From: Macrostomum lignano
Taxonomy: Eukaryota
NCBI GenBank assembly: GCA_002269645.1
Contig: NIVC01001597.1
Span: 62,001-126,000, forward strand
Direction: 5' to 3'
DNA length: 64,000 nt
Shown: positions 38,601 to 50,556 of the stretch, one piece after another
Layout of the letters: each line of letters opens with the position of its first letter
Position numbering within the stretch: position 1 is the stretch's first letter
Notes under the pieces: generated by a model
Database searches by the model: none
What the model was told of the DNA's origin: nothing
Seen by the model: the letters and a program-made list of their open reading frames with translations, nothing else
Program-made: the position numbers and the translations under genes

Positions 38601-39071
38601 GCACTAAAATTACATGTAGAATTCCTGCGTAGCCAAGCTGCTTTGATAGAGACTTAGGCCGCCATGCATATATACTACATGTACATGTAAATGCTTGATC
38701 TCATCGATTATAAGATGTACATGCAGTTTTCAGTTTGACTATCAAAGACCTTGCATGCATAAATTCAGCTGATATTCAGTAATAAAAATTTTTCAATTGC
38801 CGTCCGCCTAAGACGCTGTGAATGAAGACACATGTCAGAGCTGATAAAGATAAGATAAGCTAATGTAATTACGAGTCAGTATTGATATTGTAGCATATGT
38901 GCAGTGTACATTCGTAGGAGGGCTGCCGGCAACCCTGGCGCAACGCCATCGTCTCGCAAACCAGCGCTGACTCCCATTCCGCGGACTCCTGAGTACGCAT
39001 GTACAGTACCATAATGTATGCATAATCCAGCAGTATACATCATGTATGTATCATGTATGCACAATCCAGCA

Positions 39072-39603
39072 GCAGGCTGGCCTGCGACTCCGCTGCCTCC
39101 ATGGCCCTGGCCACCCGGACCGCCTGGCCCAGGTCCACGTTGTCCATGGCCAGCAGCTTCCTGCGGAGCTGCTCGGAGTTGCAGCCGGCGATCAGCTGGT
39201 CGCGGATCAGAGAGTCCCTGAGGCCTTCGAATTTGCAGCAGTCTGCGGTGTCGTTGAGCCGCCGCAGCCAGTCTTCCAGGGACTCTCCGGTCTGCTGGAT
39301 CCACAGACGGAACTGGTAGCGTGTGAAGGGCAAGTTGAGCTGGCTGATGAAGTGCTCATTGAGAGCCTTAATGAGCTTGTCGACGTCATCTCCGGTTTCG
39401 GCGAGACCGGCTGCAATGGCCTGTAGGTCCTCGCCCGCTGTGTATAGAAGGAGTTGGCGAAGTCGCTTCTTGTCAGAGATGTCAGCGGCCGCGGCGAACA
39501 GCTGGAACTGAGCCAACCACTTGCTCCACTTTGTATGTGCCGCATGGGGCTCCTCGCGCAAGTTCAATGGCGGCGGTGTGGGTAGGCTAGCTTGCCACGC
39601 CAT
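39072..39603 (-). pseudogene. 3'-truncated Ty3/Gypsy gag
   Basis: KWSKWLAQFQLF, RYQFRLWIQQTGESLEDWLRRL and LIRDQLIAGCNSEQLRRKLL; breaks off into a CATG-rich repeat. Confidence 0.85.
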
Positions 39604-39795
39604 TGTAGTGCGCTTGTGTGTGGCGAAAAACCTGGTCTCGTGGACCGTATATTAGAGCTATTATATCAACTCACTTCCGACGTGCGGCTACAGTGTTACG
39701 CAATGGTTGACGGGGCCAGTGCTAGTGCACGTTGGACAAGAGGGCGAAAGCTAGTCAGAGAAAAGCGTGAAGGCATAGAGGGGGCGTACACTACA
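39604..39795 (-). mobile_element. 5' LTR (192 bp) of the Gypsy fragment
   Basis: Ends TGTAGTG...CACTACA; followed after 1 nt by the PBS-like TGGCG. Confidence 0.75.
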
Positions 39796-39983
39796 ATCAT
39801 GTATGTATCATGTATGCATAATCAAGTATGCATCATATATGTGTCATGTATGCATAATCCAGTATACATCATTTATGTACAAGTATGCATCATGTCTGCA
39901 TCATGTGTTTATCATATACAAGTATGCATCATGCCTGCATCATGTGTTTATCATGTACAAGTATGCATCATGTCTGCATCATG

Positions 39984-41293
39984 ACTACTATGGACTGCAA
40001 AATCCGTTGATTTTGGAGGTGGGGTGGGTGTCAACCCTCCTCGCCTCTCATTGGCTGGCGCCCTGATCACTAGGTGATCGATACGCGTATCGATATCGGC
40101 GCTTGGCGCGCGCGCGCCGCAGGCGCGTGGCGCCAAGCGCCGCAGGCGCACCCTCCCGATATGTACCCCGATATGTATGCCCACCCTCCCGATATGTACC
40201 CCGATATGTACACCCTCCCGATATGTATACCCACCCTCCAGAGCAGCAGGCGCCCATGCCGCAGGCGCCCCATGCCGCAGACGCCCATGCCGCAGGCGCC
40301 CGAGTGTACACTCTCCCGAGCCAAAGGTACACTCTCCCCAGTACGGGTGTACACTCTCCCAATACAGGTGTACACTCTCCCAATACAGGTGTACACTCTC
40401 CCAATACAGGTGTACACTCTCCCGATATGTAGTCAACGATACGTACCCCGCAGACCCCCTATACCTCACACCCTGCCCCCACCTAGCCTCTTCCCCTCTC
40501 TCACCCGCATCTCAACTAGCGAAATCGAACTCAGGTCGCGCCCATACTAGGCCACTACACGGTTGGGTATAGGAAGTTTCAGCCCCGATGCTGACGCAGC
40601 CCTGTACAGTGAGCGTGTACGGGCAGAGAGGGGTGGGTGGACAGAGAGCCAGCCACTAGGTTGTTATACTGTTGAAGCATAGGGAGCGAGAAGTTTTAAC
40701 CCCGACGCTGACGCAGCCCTGTACAGTGAGCGTGTACGGGCAGAGGGTGGGTGGAAAGAGATGTGAACAACACAGCCTGCTGCAGGAGCCGGATAGAGAG
40801 GCGCATGCTAGGACAGAGAGGCAGTGTGAGTCACACACACCCCACAGAGAGAGTCGTACAGAGGATAGAGAGCTCCCTCCCCAGTTGCAGGGGACAGAGA
40901 GGCAAGCAGGGTATGCAGGGGCATGCGATCAGTCAAGGGGCCACGCGAGGATAGAGTGGAGGAGCAGAGATGTGTATGGACAGAGAGCAGGCCACGCGTG
41001 CGTAGTGTGAGGGAACAGAAACATATGGAGCAGGAGGGAGATAGGGAGCAAACGCTCTGGGTAAGGGAGCCACACAAGGGAGCCATGCAGCAGGGAGCAG
41101 TGTACAGTGAGACACGGGCAGGGGTGGAGCCGTGCGTGGACAGAGCTGAACGGCCTGCGGCGCGCGCGCGCCGAGCGCCGATATCGATACGCGTATCGAT
41201 CACCTAGTGATCAGGGCGCCAGCCAATGAGAGGCGAGGAGGGTTGACACCCACCCCACCTCCAAAATCAACGGATTTTGCAGTCCATAGTAGT
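39984..41293. mobile_element. 1310-bp non-coding element with 141-bp TIRs and 6-bp TSD
   Basis: TIRs 39984-40124 and 41153-41293 with one mismatch seen; TSD atcatg at 39978-39983 and 41294-41299; termini ACTACTATGG..CCATAGTAGT. Confidence 0.9.
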
Positions 41294-42013
41294 ATCATGT
41301 GTTTATCATGTACAAGTATGCATAATGTATGTAATCTGTATCATGATTTAATCGACATTCCTTCTAGAAGACCCTGGCAACATGCGTGCATGTATTATAC
41401 AAATATGAATCAAGCACAGAAGACATTATCGCTAAGAAGTGTTTAACTGGTGACACAACAACGCCACAGCTTCTATAATAACTAATAATTCCCCTTCATT
41501 TAAGTTCCAACCTCTTTTAAATTCCGCTTTATTTAATAATTAACATTAAACAGCTTAGTAAATAGTTAGTTAAAATTATTTAAACACAACGCAATATGCC
41601 AAGGGTTGCTTTGGAATTTCGAAGAACAGACGGCAGCTACACAGACTAGAGAAGAGATTTTAGACAGAGAACACTGAACCCGTACAGAATACAATACAAA
41701 TAAATAACATTTATTAAGCGTAATAGGAAACACAAACCGGACACCCATAAACACAGCAATATTAACACAATATTATAGTATTATAACATCTCTACTCGTA
41801 AATGAAATAAGAGAACACAGAGAGACAGAATAAGACAGAGTAAGCGAGGGAGCGAAAAACCAACTTTAATAAAACGAAAAAATGAAAAAAACTACAGACA
41901 ATTCAGTTTTTATGGCGTATATTTAAATCCTCTTCTAAAAGGATTTTTTTCTATTGACGTATTTTAATTGATTCTTTTATCAACTGCCAGCTTTCTAAGC
42001 AAGCCTGGGAAAA

Positions 42014-42447
42014 CCTGAGGCCACACCTGAGGATCTGATTGGGGGGGGCAGAGCCTGAGGCCACACCTGAGGATCTGATTGGGGCGGGCAGAGCCTGAGG
42101 CCACACCTGAGGATCTGATTGGGGCGGGCAGAGCCTGAGGCCACACCTGAGGATCTGATTAGGGGGGGGGCAGAGCCTGAGGCCACACCTGAGGATCTGA
42201 TTGGGGCGGGCAGAGCCTGAGGCCACACCTGAGGATCTGATTAGGGGGGGGGGCAGAGCCTGAGGCCACACCTGAGGATCTGATTAGGGGGGGGGGCAGA
42301 GCCTGAGGCCCCACCTGAGGATCTGATTGGGGGGGGGGAGGCAGAGCCTGAGGCCCCATCTGAGGATCTGATTGGGGGGGGGAGGCAGAGCCTGAGGCCC
42401 CATCTGAGGATCTGATTGGGGGGGGCAGAGCCTGAGGCCCCACCTGA
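42014..42447. repeat. ~40-bp minisatellite with variable G-tract, downstream of ARF1
   Basis: Unit gcagagcctgaggccacacctgaggatctgattggggcgg. Confidence 0.93.
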
Positions 42448-42602
42448 AGCATTTGAACAATTTCCAAGGCCACTTAAAAACCCTGCAGCAGTAAAATAGT
42501 GACACCCCAATACTTGCATATCTTATTATAAAAGTCAAATCCCCAATCCCAAAAGTCGGATCTCTTCAACAAGCCTGAGCACTAGTTACCCTCAGCGCAG
42601 AT

Positions 42603-42893
42603 TTACCTAGCCTTGGACTTCAGCGTATTACTTAGCCAGTCAAGGCCCTCATACAGACCCTCTCCGTTCGTAGCGCAGGTGGCCTGGATGTACCAGGTGC
42701 GGTTGCGCAGCGAGTGCAGTCCGAGCTTATCCGTGAGCTCCGCAGCGTTCATGGCATTGGGCAGGTCCTGCTTGTTGGCGAACACCAGCAGGATGGCGTC
42801 ACGGAGCTCGTCTTCGTTCAGCATCCGCATCAGCTCTTCGCGGGCCTCGCCGACTCGCTCGCGATCATTGCTGTCTACTACGAAGATCAGGCC
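42603..42893 (-). CDS. ARF1: ADP-ribosylation factor (class I) exon 2
   Basis: [14 protein letters not shown]...[11 protein letters not shown]...IQATCAT; acceptor TTTGCAG; 182 aa total. Confidence 0.96.
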   Translation of the reverse strand, partial: GLIFVVDSNDRERVGEAREELMRMLNEDELRDAILLVFANKQDLPNAMNAAELTDKLGLHSLRNRTWYIQATCATNGEGLYEGLDWLSNTLKSKAR

Positions 42894-42914
42894 CTGCAAA
42901 TTGAATGTTTTGTG

Positions 42915-42991
42915 CATGATCAATGATCCCTTATCCCCTCAATAATCCTGATCCCTTATCCCCTCAATAATCCTGATCCCTTATCCCCTCA
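42915..42991. repeat. 25-bp minisatellite, left part of an array split by the EnSpm element
   Basis: Unit aataatcctgatcccttatcccctc; resumes at 51451. Confidence 0.9.
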
Positions 42992-43870
42992 CCCGCTGGA
43001 AAATAGGGACGGATATTTGGTTCGGATATAGCGTATCCGGATCCGGATAGGGGCACTTTTCCGAATGAACGGCCGGATATGTCCAGATATGACATTTTAT
43101 CCGAACTATATCCGGACAAGTCGTATCCGGACGAATATCCGGATTATCACCCGGATATATGACTTATCCGGACAAAAAATTCCGGACTTTTCATCCGGAT
43201 ACCAAACCTCTTGGTTCGGATACTCTACTATATCCGGACAAGTCGTATCCGGACGAATATCCGGATTATCACCCGGATATATGACTTATCCGGACAAAAA
43301 TTTCCGGACTTTTCATCCGGATACCAAACCTCTTGGTTCGGATACTTACCGCACTGTTTTTTCAATGCATATATGGCCTTCTTCAATTTTTCGCTCACAT
43401 CAACCCTGGATTTTAGAAAGCTGTCCATGAGAGCTAATGTGGTCACTGAATTTCCAGTTACAACTACCTGACTAAATTTTATCTGCAATGCCTAAAATTA
43501 AGTGTCTGAAATTTTCCTGTGTGCAAATACAATTCGGCACCAATGTCAATGAAAGCTACTTGAACACTGGACTTAAGTTTTTTATTTTCAGTTATTGCCC
43601 TTTAATCAAGTAGTAAAATTGCTGTTAGCTAAACAAGTTGAAATATTAGGATATGGATATACAGTTGGATATTGAATAGGCAGCAAGATTGATTTGCAAA
43701 ATATAGATGAATATTTACTTTCGAGTAATCGGTTTTCATAGTATGTATACATATACGTCTCCTAGTCATAATAGTGAGGTAATTTTTTAGGCAAATTGTA
43801 TGCATGTAGAAATAATAGTGACGCATGAAATGCATTCAACAAATTTTCAGCTACTTTTACTAACGCACAC

Positions 43871-45646
43871 ATGGATCAGAACAGCGAGGCAGAAAAGCAG
43901 CGAGCGTATATGCGAAATTACATGTCTGACTATCGGCGTGGCATAAAAAGACGCAAGGAAAATGCAGTAGCCCAAGCAGGCAGCAGTGGCAGCGCAAGCA
44001 GAATGCGCGAATTACGCCATCGCAGGCTCATGGAAGGGCTAGACAATGTTGCCGAGGACGTCCAAGCCGGTGCTCAAGGTGTTGCCGACCTTGTCGACGA
44101 TGCTCATGATGCTGTCGGCGATGTTCAGTATGCGGCCGACATTTTCGACCATGGCCATGAGGCTGCAGAAGAAGGCGACAATGCCCAAGCAGACGAAGAA
44201 GAAGGCGACGATGCCCAAGCAGACGAAGAAGAAGGCGACGATGCCCAAGCAGACGAAGAAGAAGGCGACGATGCCCAAGCAGACGAAGAAGAAGGCGACG
44301 ATGCCCAAGCAGACGAAGAAGAAGGCGACGATGCCCAAGCAGACGAAGAAGAAGGCGACGATGCCCAAGCAGACGAAGAAGGCGACGATGCCCAAGCAGA
44401 GGAAGCCCTCAGTGCCTTTTTATCGGTGCCGCTATTCGAAGGCAAATCAGCCTCATTGGGCGAGGCTGTAAGGCTTCTTGAGACATTTTCTTTAGCAGCC
44501 AAGATAAAGAGGCCCGACATGAAACTCCTGCTGCTTACGCTGCACAAAATATTTCCAGGCTGCAACCTTCCACGGTCGATATTCAAATACTCGCAGCTTA
44601 CCAAAGCAGTTGCGACTCGAGCTGTGCACGGGTCCACGAAATGCTATTCTGTCTGTACTCAGTGTGGTGGTACATCACCGGGTCGGAACGTCCCGTGTAC
44701 GACTTGTGACACATTAGACGGTCCTGCCCATTTTTGGTCATTCGACCTCGCAGCGCAGCTCCAACAAAAGATTAGCAATGGCTTGCTGACTTACGTCGTC
44801 TGGCCGGAAGATCTGGCGTTAATGGATGCCAATCGACTACACTACGCCACAAGTACTCTGTACAATGAGTTCGTTCAGGGTGTCGACATCCGACGTAGAT
44901 CCGATCTGACGTATAATTTGTGCTGCGATGGTTTTTCTGTGCATTCAACTAGCCACACAGAAGTGTGCCCAGTGTACCTCACCATCACTGAAGTGATTCC
45001 GAGACTTCAGTGGAAGTTCGTAGTACTGTGCGGCCTCTGGGCCGGAAAGGTAAAGGTCCAGGCAGCATCGTTTATTCCCATTATCGCCAAAGAACTGAAT
45101 AAACTGCGGACGTCAGGTGTTTCTGTCGGCGATGGTACAGCACATCGGCTACGGTTCCATCCCATGTTGGCAATATTTGATGCTCCTGCTCGGGCCGATG
45201 CTCTTGGAATGCGTCGTTTCAACTCAGTGTATGGATGTGATAAATGCTACATAAAAACTCGTCCTCAACCGTCAGGATACGGTCGGTATTATCCCACGGA
45301 TATCACACCTGCAATGCTAAACGCTGCTAGAGCGAAAGGGTGCATGGAACCCTCCGTGAGAACACTAATGGACACACATGCAGTAGCTGCGCTCCAGGCC
45401 GAAAGAGTACACCACCCCGGACTGCGTGACGCAGGGGATACTCTGGGAGTCAAGTTCACTTCCCCTCTGAGTGGCATACTCGGATTCGACTATATTCAGG
45501 CCACGCCACCATGCTATCTGCATCAATTTTTGTCCGGCCCGGCTAAGCAGATGCTGTCTCAGCTGTTTCTTATCAGGCGAGACAAGTCTGACCCGAATGT
45601 TTTGCAACCTGATTTGAGCAGCAAGCTGCTGGATGTAGACAGTGAG
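43871..45646 (+). CDS. EnSpm/CACTA transposase exon 1
   Basis: LCCDGFSVH (first D), FDAPARA (second D), FNSVYGCDKC and CYLHQF motifs; donor GTACGT at 45647. Confidence 0.9.
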
Positions 45647-45724
45647 GTACGTTCTTTCATTACTTAGTTCCTAATTGAACTTTGCTTGTCGCGTGTTGCT
45701 TATTTGAACATAATTTAATTTCAG

Positions 45725-46741
45725 GTTGCAAGAATTAAAGTTCCACAAGCTATTCAGCGAATCCCACGCCGACTTGCTGAGTTGAAAAGGTTCCGTGGAC
45801 ACGAATACGAGGCCTGGCTTCTAGTGTATGGCCCTATGGTATTAGATTCATTCCTTGAGGTTCGCTACAGCGATCATTTAAATTTATTTAAAGTGCTTTC
45901 GTCCACGATGTTCTGGCTTAGCCTTCAGAACGGGCCAAAAAGTGAGTTACCTCACGTGCGTACTACACTCCGATACGTGTTTGCAGCGCTGGCTCGCCTG
46001 TACTCCGTTCGAGCGCAGTCTTACAATGCTCATCAAGTGTGCAGTCATATGACGGACTACGCATATCTAGCTGGACCTGTGCACCAACAGTCTGCTGGAC
46101 TCATGGAGTCGATGCACTGCCGTCTCAAAACGCTTCTACATGGTTCTCGCTTGCTTGACGTCGAGCTGGTGAACACTGTCGAACGGCAGCTTGCGGCTGA
46201 CCAAGATTTTGCATGCGTGTCTCGCCTGGAAGCGTCAGCGAATACAAGACCGTGCCGTGCGTTCCGACGCTTCGGAAGTGTTGTGGCGCAACGAAAGAGA
46301 CAAACTCAAGGGCGATTTTGGATGGCTGCTGAATTCGACAATGGACTGTTTGTCGAGACATTTAAATTGCAAATGCGCAACCGTCGTCGCGTCTCCTGTT
46401 TTGTAGCCATACAACATCGCGAAGACCTATCTTTTGAATTCCTTCGTTTGAAATCCATTGTCAACACAGATGATGGTCGGCTGTGCGTTGCTGTGCAAAA
46501 TGTCGCAGTGGAAGTTCCCCCCGCAGTGGAGGAACCTCTCTATAAATTGTCAGGTGTTCCTGATGAAGCTCAGGATCGTGGATGCCGGTTTGCTCATGTG
46601 CGTCGTCTTCTGTGTGATCCATTCGTTGACACTCTGCCTGAACCAACTCAAGAAGTCGACATCAATGAGATAGTTGGCTGCTGTGCGGTGTCCGAAACGC
46701 ACATCGCTCTGCTACCTCACGTGCAGCTTCCAATGGGCTAA
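45725..46741 (+). CDS. EnSpm/CACTA transposase exon 2
   Basis: 78-bp phase-0 intron; FRGHEYEAWLLVYG, YNAHQVCSH and GPVHQQSAGLMES (catalytic E candidate); total 930 aa. Confidence 0.88.
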   Translation, partial: VARIKVPQAIQRIPRRLAELKRFRGHEYEAWLLVYGPMVLDSFLEVRYSDHLNLFKVLSSTMFWLSLQNGPKSELPHVRTTLRYVFAALARLYSVRAQSYNAHQVCSHMTDYAYLAGPVHQQSAGLMESMHCRLKTLLHGSRLLDVELVNTVERQLAADQDFACVSRLEASANTRPCRAFRRFGSVVAQRKRQTQGRFWMAAEFDNGLFVETFKLQMRNRRRVSCFVAIQHREDLSFEFLRLKSIVNTDDGRLCVAVQNVAVEVPPAVEEPLYKLSGVPDEAQDRGCRFAHVRRLLCDPFVDTLPEPTQEVDINEIVGCCAVSETHIALLPHVQLPMG

Positions 46742-47067
46742 ATGCGTTTTATTACTGTTAAATGTCTGCCGCAAGACAGTGTACACCAATTTGAATTGTT
46801 TATTTCGGTTGTCCTCGTACTTAAGTGGACTAGCGTATTGCTCCTAAACTACTTATATACTTACTTAGTTTTATACTTAAAGTTCATCTTTCAGTGGTAG
46901 CTTTATTTGTGTTACAAATCCTGCCAATTTCCTGTGCTTTTTATTCTTAGTATCTCTAGCCTTTGTAATACATTCAGCTACAGTTATCGCGACCGCACGC
47001 GTTGCGTGCCGACTTTTCATTAGTTCAAACTCGTTTCACTCCTCTCGAATTCATTGCAGCGAGTACT

Positions 47068-47823
47068 ATGAAAAGACATAGTAGAGAAATTTCTAATTGC
47101 ACAGGGTGGTTAAGTAAGCGAACTTATGCGGCTTCCCGACAAGCGGCTGCTGCTGCTGCGACCGCCGATGCTGCCTGTGCTGCGACCTTTGCTGGTAGTG
47201 GTGCTGCGGCTGACAGCTGCGAGCACCTTTTTGAGAACCTTTTCTGCGATGATGACTCCGCTACAGCTGTTGCTGCTACACCGAGTGCTGCCTCCGCTAC
47301 AGCTGTTGCTGCTACACCGAGTGCTGCCTCCGCTACAGCTGTTGCTGCTACACCGAGTGCTGCCTCCGCTACAGCTGTTGCTGCTACACCGAGTGCTGCC
47401 TCCGCTACAGCTGTTGCTACTACACCGAGTGCTCAGCATGTGAAAGCACAGCTGGAGGAAAAAGTTGCGGTGGCATTTTTGCGCGTCGAAGTAGCATTGC
47501 AGGTTGGAAATCGGAACTTATTTTTTTCCTTACCCTCTGACACTTGAGTTCTGTTCTTTATTACACAGTAACTGTTGCACAAACAGGAAGCCAGACTGGC
47601 GATTGAAGAACTAGAAGATTGGAAGAGCGCCGATAATGCTCAATCGAAGAGTGACACCCAAACACCTACGCTAGCATCGCCAGTGTTTGCGAAAACAATC
47701 AACGTATGTTCATACAACGACTATGTTGGTGGTGCCAGACACTGGGCTGACGATGGCATGAATGAAATACTCGCTGCTGTAGCAGCTGAATCAGAGGCAA
47801 CTATCTACACAAACGAAGTATGA
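47068..47823 (+). CDS. Possible Ala-rich ORF inside the EnSpm element
   Basis: Tentative join(47068..47502,47587..47823), phase 0; contains a 36-bp repeat (ATAVAATPSAAS); donor is weak. Confidence 0.35.
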
Positions 47824-48615
47824 ACGAATAAAAAATTCGTGTAGTATATTTGTATATTCTGTATTACTAATTTTGTGCAAGTGCTGTCTATGCCACATGT
47901 GTACAACTGTGTACAGTGCTAATTGTGTACAACTAATTGTGTGCAAATAATTATATAAAAGTAACTGTTTACCACTAGTATGTAGTAGTTGTAACAAATT
48001 GTTAACACTTAACTTTCCATTACTAATTGTGTACCACTAATTGAGTGCAACTAATTGTATACAAGTAATTTTAACCACTAATATGTACTAATTATATATC
48101 AACAATTGCATGTAACAAATTTTTATTAGTAGTTGATCAATTTCGGCGTTTCGTCATAACTTCTTGCACCTAATATCGAGAGTAGATAATTTACTATAAT
48201 ATATATTAAGCATCATTCCCTTTCCATCAACATTAAATAACGGGTTTTTATCAATGAGATATATTGTATGTACGGATACATTTGAAAGCATTACATAAAT
48301 AGGTAGCACATACTGCATCGTCATCGTCATTAGTTCGTATTTGTACTTTGTAGTGTCCTGTATTGCATATTTCCTTTTTACAACACACTTGAGGCCTACT
48401 ACCCAGTGTCACATGTCCTTTGATGTCCCCCGAGATCTCGTGAGCAGCTTGACCAGGTCGAAAAGCAGGTATAGAACACGACAGCTGGGCTTTCAGTAGT
48501 AGGCTTTCAGTTAGAGTTTCAGTTAGTTACGAACATTTGCAGGCGAATAGCTACAAACACCTACTGTTTACTTCATACAGTAATTGCGGCATACTGTTTC
48601 AGAGATTGCTAAAGA

Positions 48616-49066
48616 ATGAGAGGAAAAGGTAGCGCAGCAGCGTCATCTTCTACTTCAACAGCTGCAACTTCCAAACGCCGACAGCTTCCGCCCAATTATG
48701 TCGACTTTAAAAGTAGTAGAAAAGAGGATGAATCCCGTTATTGGTGTATTAAATATGACGCGTCAGCCAACGGCGTCATCCAATACGGGCCAGTGCAGGA
48801 GGGCCACATTATTGGCCGCCACGAAGACGAAAAAGGCGATCTGGCCCACAATATGCGTGTTCTTGTGGTGCCAGCAAAAGACATTCGCGTCGGAACGCGT
48901 TACAAAGGCTTGATATGGAAAGGCCCTCACGGAACGCTTGCGGCAGCCCAGGAGGCTGTAGCCTTGGCGAAGCGTCCTTCAGAGACTCCAGCTGCCATCA
49001 GATGCCCATCCTGCACCAACATGTTGCAGCAGATTAACGAGCAAAATAAAGTGGAGGACTCGCTTC
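48616..49066 (+). CDS. EnSpm accessory protein exon 1
   Basis: ATG at 48616, beta-rich segment and CxxC, phase-1 donor GTAAGT at 49067. Confidence 0.75.
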
Positions 49067-49146
49067 GTAAGTCTGGTATCAGTTGACGATAAGCTTAAAT
49101 CAAATGACTATAAATTACTCATTTATCTTTCGTACATCTCCTTTAG

Positions 49147-50105
49147 GCCAAGAACTCAGGCAAGCGCGGCAAAAACTTTCCGAAGCGGACGAAGAAATCG
49201 ACCAGCTGAAGGCCCGCGGCTGCGATGAGTCACTTCGATGCGATTCTGGGACTAGCGATGCAACCTTGTTGCAAATTAAGCAGGTCGTAGCACGCATGCA
49301 TAAGCGCTGTTACCAATCCTGCGTTTTCGCCGAAGAATTGTTTCGGGTCATTGGCGATTTGCCCGGCGAGAACGCTGCCACCGGCGAAGACGAGAACAAT
49401 AATTGCCAGTCAACGGACCTGCAGCCGCCAGAGCATCAATCCCAGCAACGTTCTGCAACTGGTGTTTACGTCCGCGGCAGCCTCAGTTCGGGACAGACTG
49501 ACGCGCTACATCGAAGCATGCAGGCTGTTTTAGAACAGCCTGCTGTCGCCCCGAACACGTCATCTGGCAATCTCGTGCCGATTTCAGAGACGGACGCGGA
49601 GTTTGCAAATTTACTTGTCACGTTGCAGGACCGCACAGCCATAGAGAAAAATTTAACTGAGCTGTTGCCCATGCAGCAACGATGGGGTGCTCAAACAACG
49701 GAGGCGACGGAACAGCAAAAAAGGAAGCTGCAACGGACGAAGTTCGCTTTTATTCGCCGAATTCTTCGCGCGGTCTTTTCAAATGAAGAATTTTTGACGA
49801 CAACGTTTTCAGGTCGCCGCGCCGCCTCCCGTGGAAGTGGAGCCCCTGGGTCACGCGTTCATGCTGCCAATTCAGCAAAACTAGAGCTCGTGGCTGCCTA
49901 CTGCAGTCGAAAAGGCGTGACACTAGAAGAGGACGATGTTCACGATTGTTTTAAACGTTGTCGCGAAACTTCCATTTACAACTCAAAGCCTGAGGAAGAT
50001 CGGAAGCAAAAGAATGAAGCTACTAAGGCGCGTAACAAAAGGAGAAGAGAGCAGATAGAGCCGGAGCAGGAAACACCAGCTAAACAGCCAACGACTACTG
50101 CATAA
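49147..50105 (+). CDS. EnSpm accessory protein exon 2 (coiled coil and BEN-like domain)
   Basis: Acceptor CTTTAG keeps frame (469 aa total); FIRRILRAVFSNEEFLTTTFSG...LELVAAYC...DVHDCFKRCRE fits the BEN domain pattern by eye. Confidence 0.72.
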
Positions 50106-50556
50106 TTCAATAACAAACGTTCTACACGTCCTTTTTGGAAACCACTAATTACTAACTACTTGTTCCCACTAATTGTGCTTATCTTTTTATTTCTATTTGT
50201 ATCCACAGATACTAGAATAACTAGATGAGCCACTCCGGCATATATACTTTGCAAAGCAGCTTTCTACTTTCAGTTCAGTAGCAAAGAAGAATACATAGGT
50301 TATTTATAAAAAATAAGGAGGCAGTTGAAACGACTTTGATAAGTTAAGAAGCATAAAAAGTTGCAGGCGTAAACAACTCGCTAATTAGTTCAGCAGTAGT
50401 GTACAATAAAAATTAGGGATGGGCGGGGAGTAGTGTGGAAATGCGCAAGTGGAGGGTTCAAGCGGGGGTAAGAGCCAATAAAATGAGCTTTGGCTTGAAA
50501 AATATATTAAAATGCTTCTCTTTCACTTGCTACTGAATTGAAAGTGTAGCTGTTTT

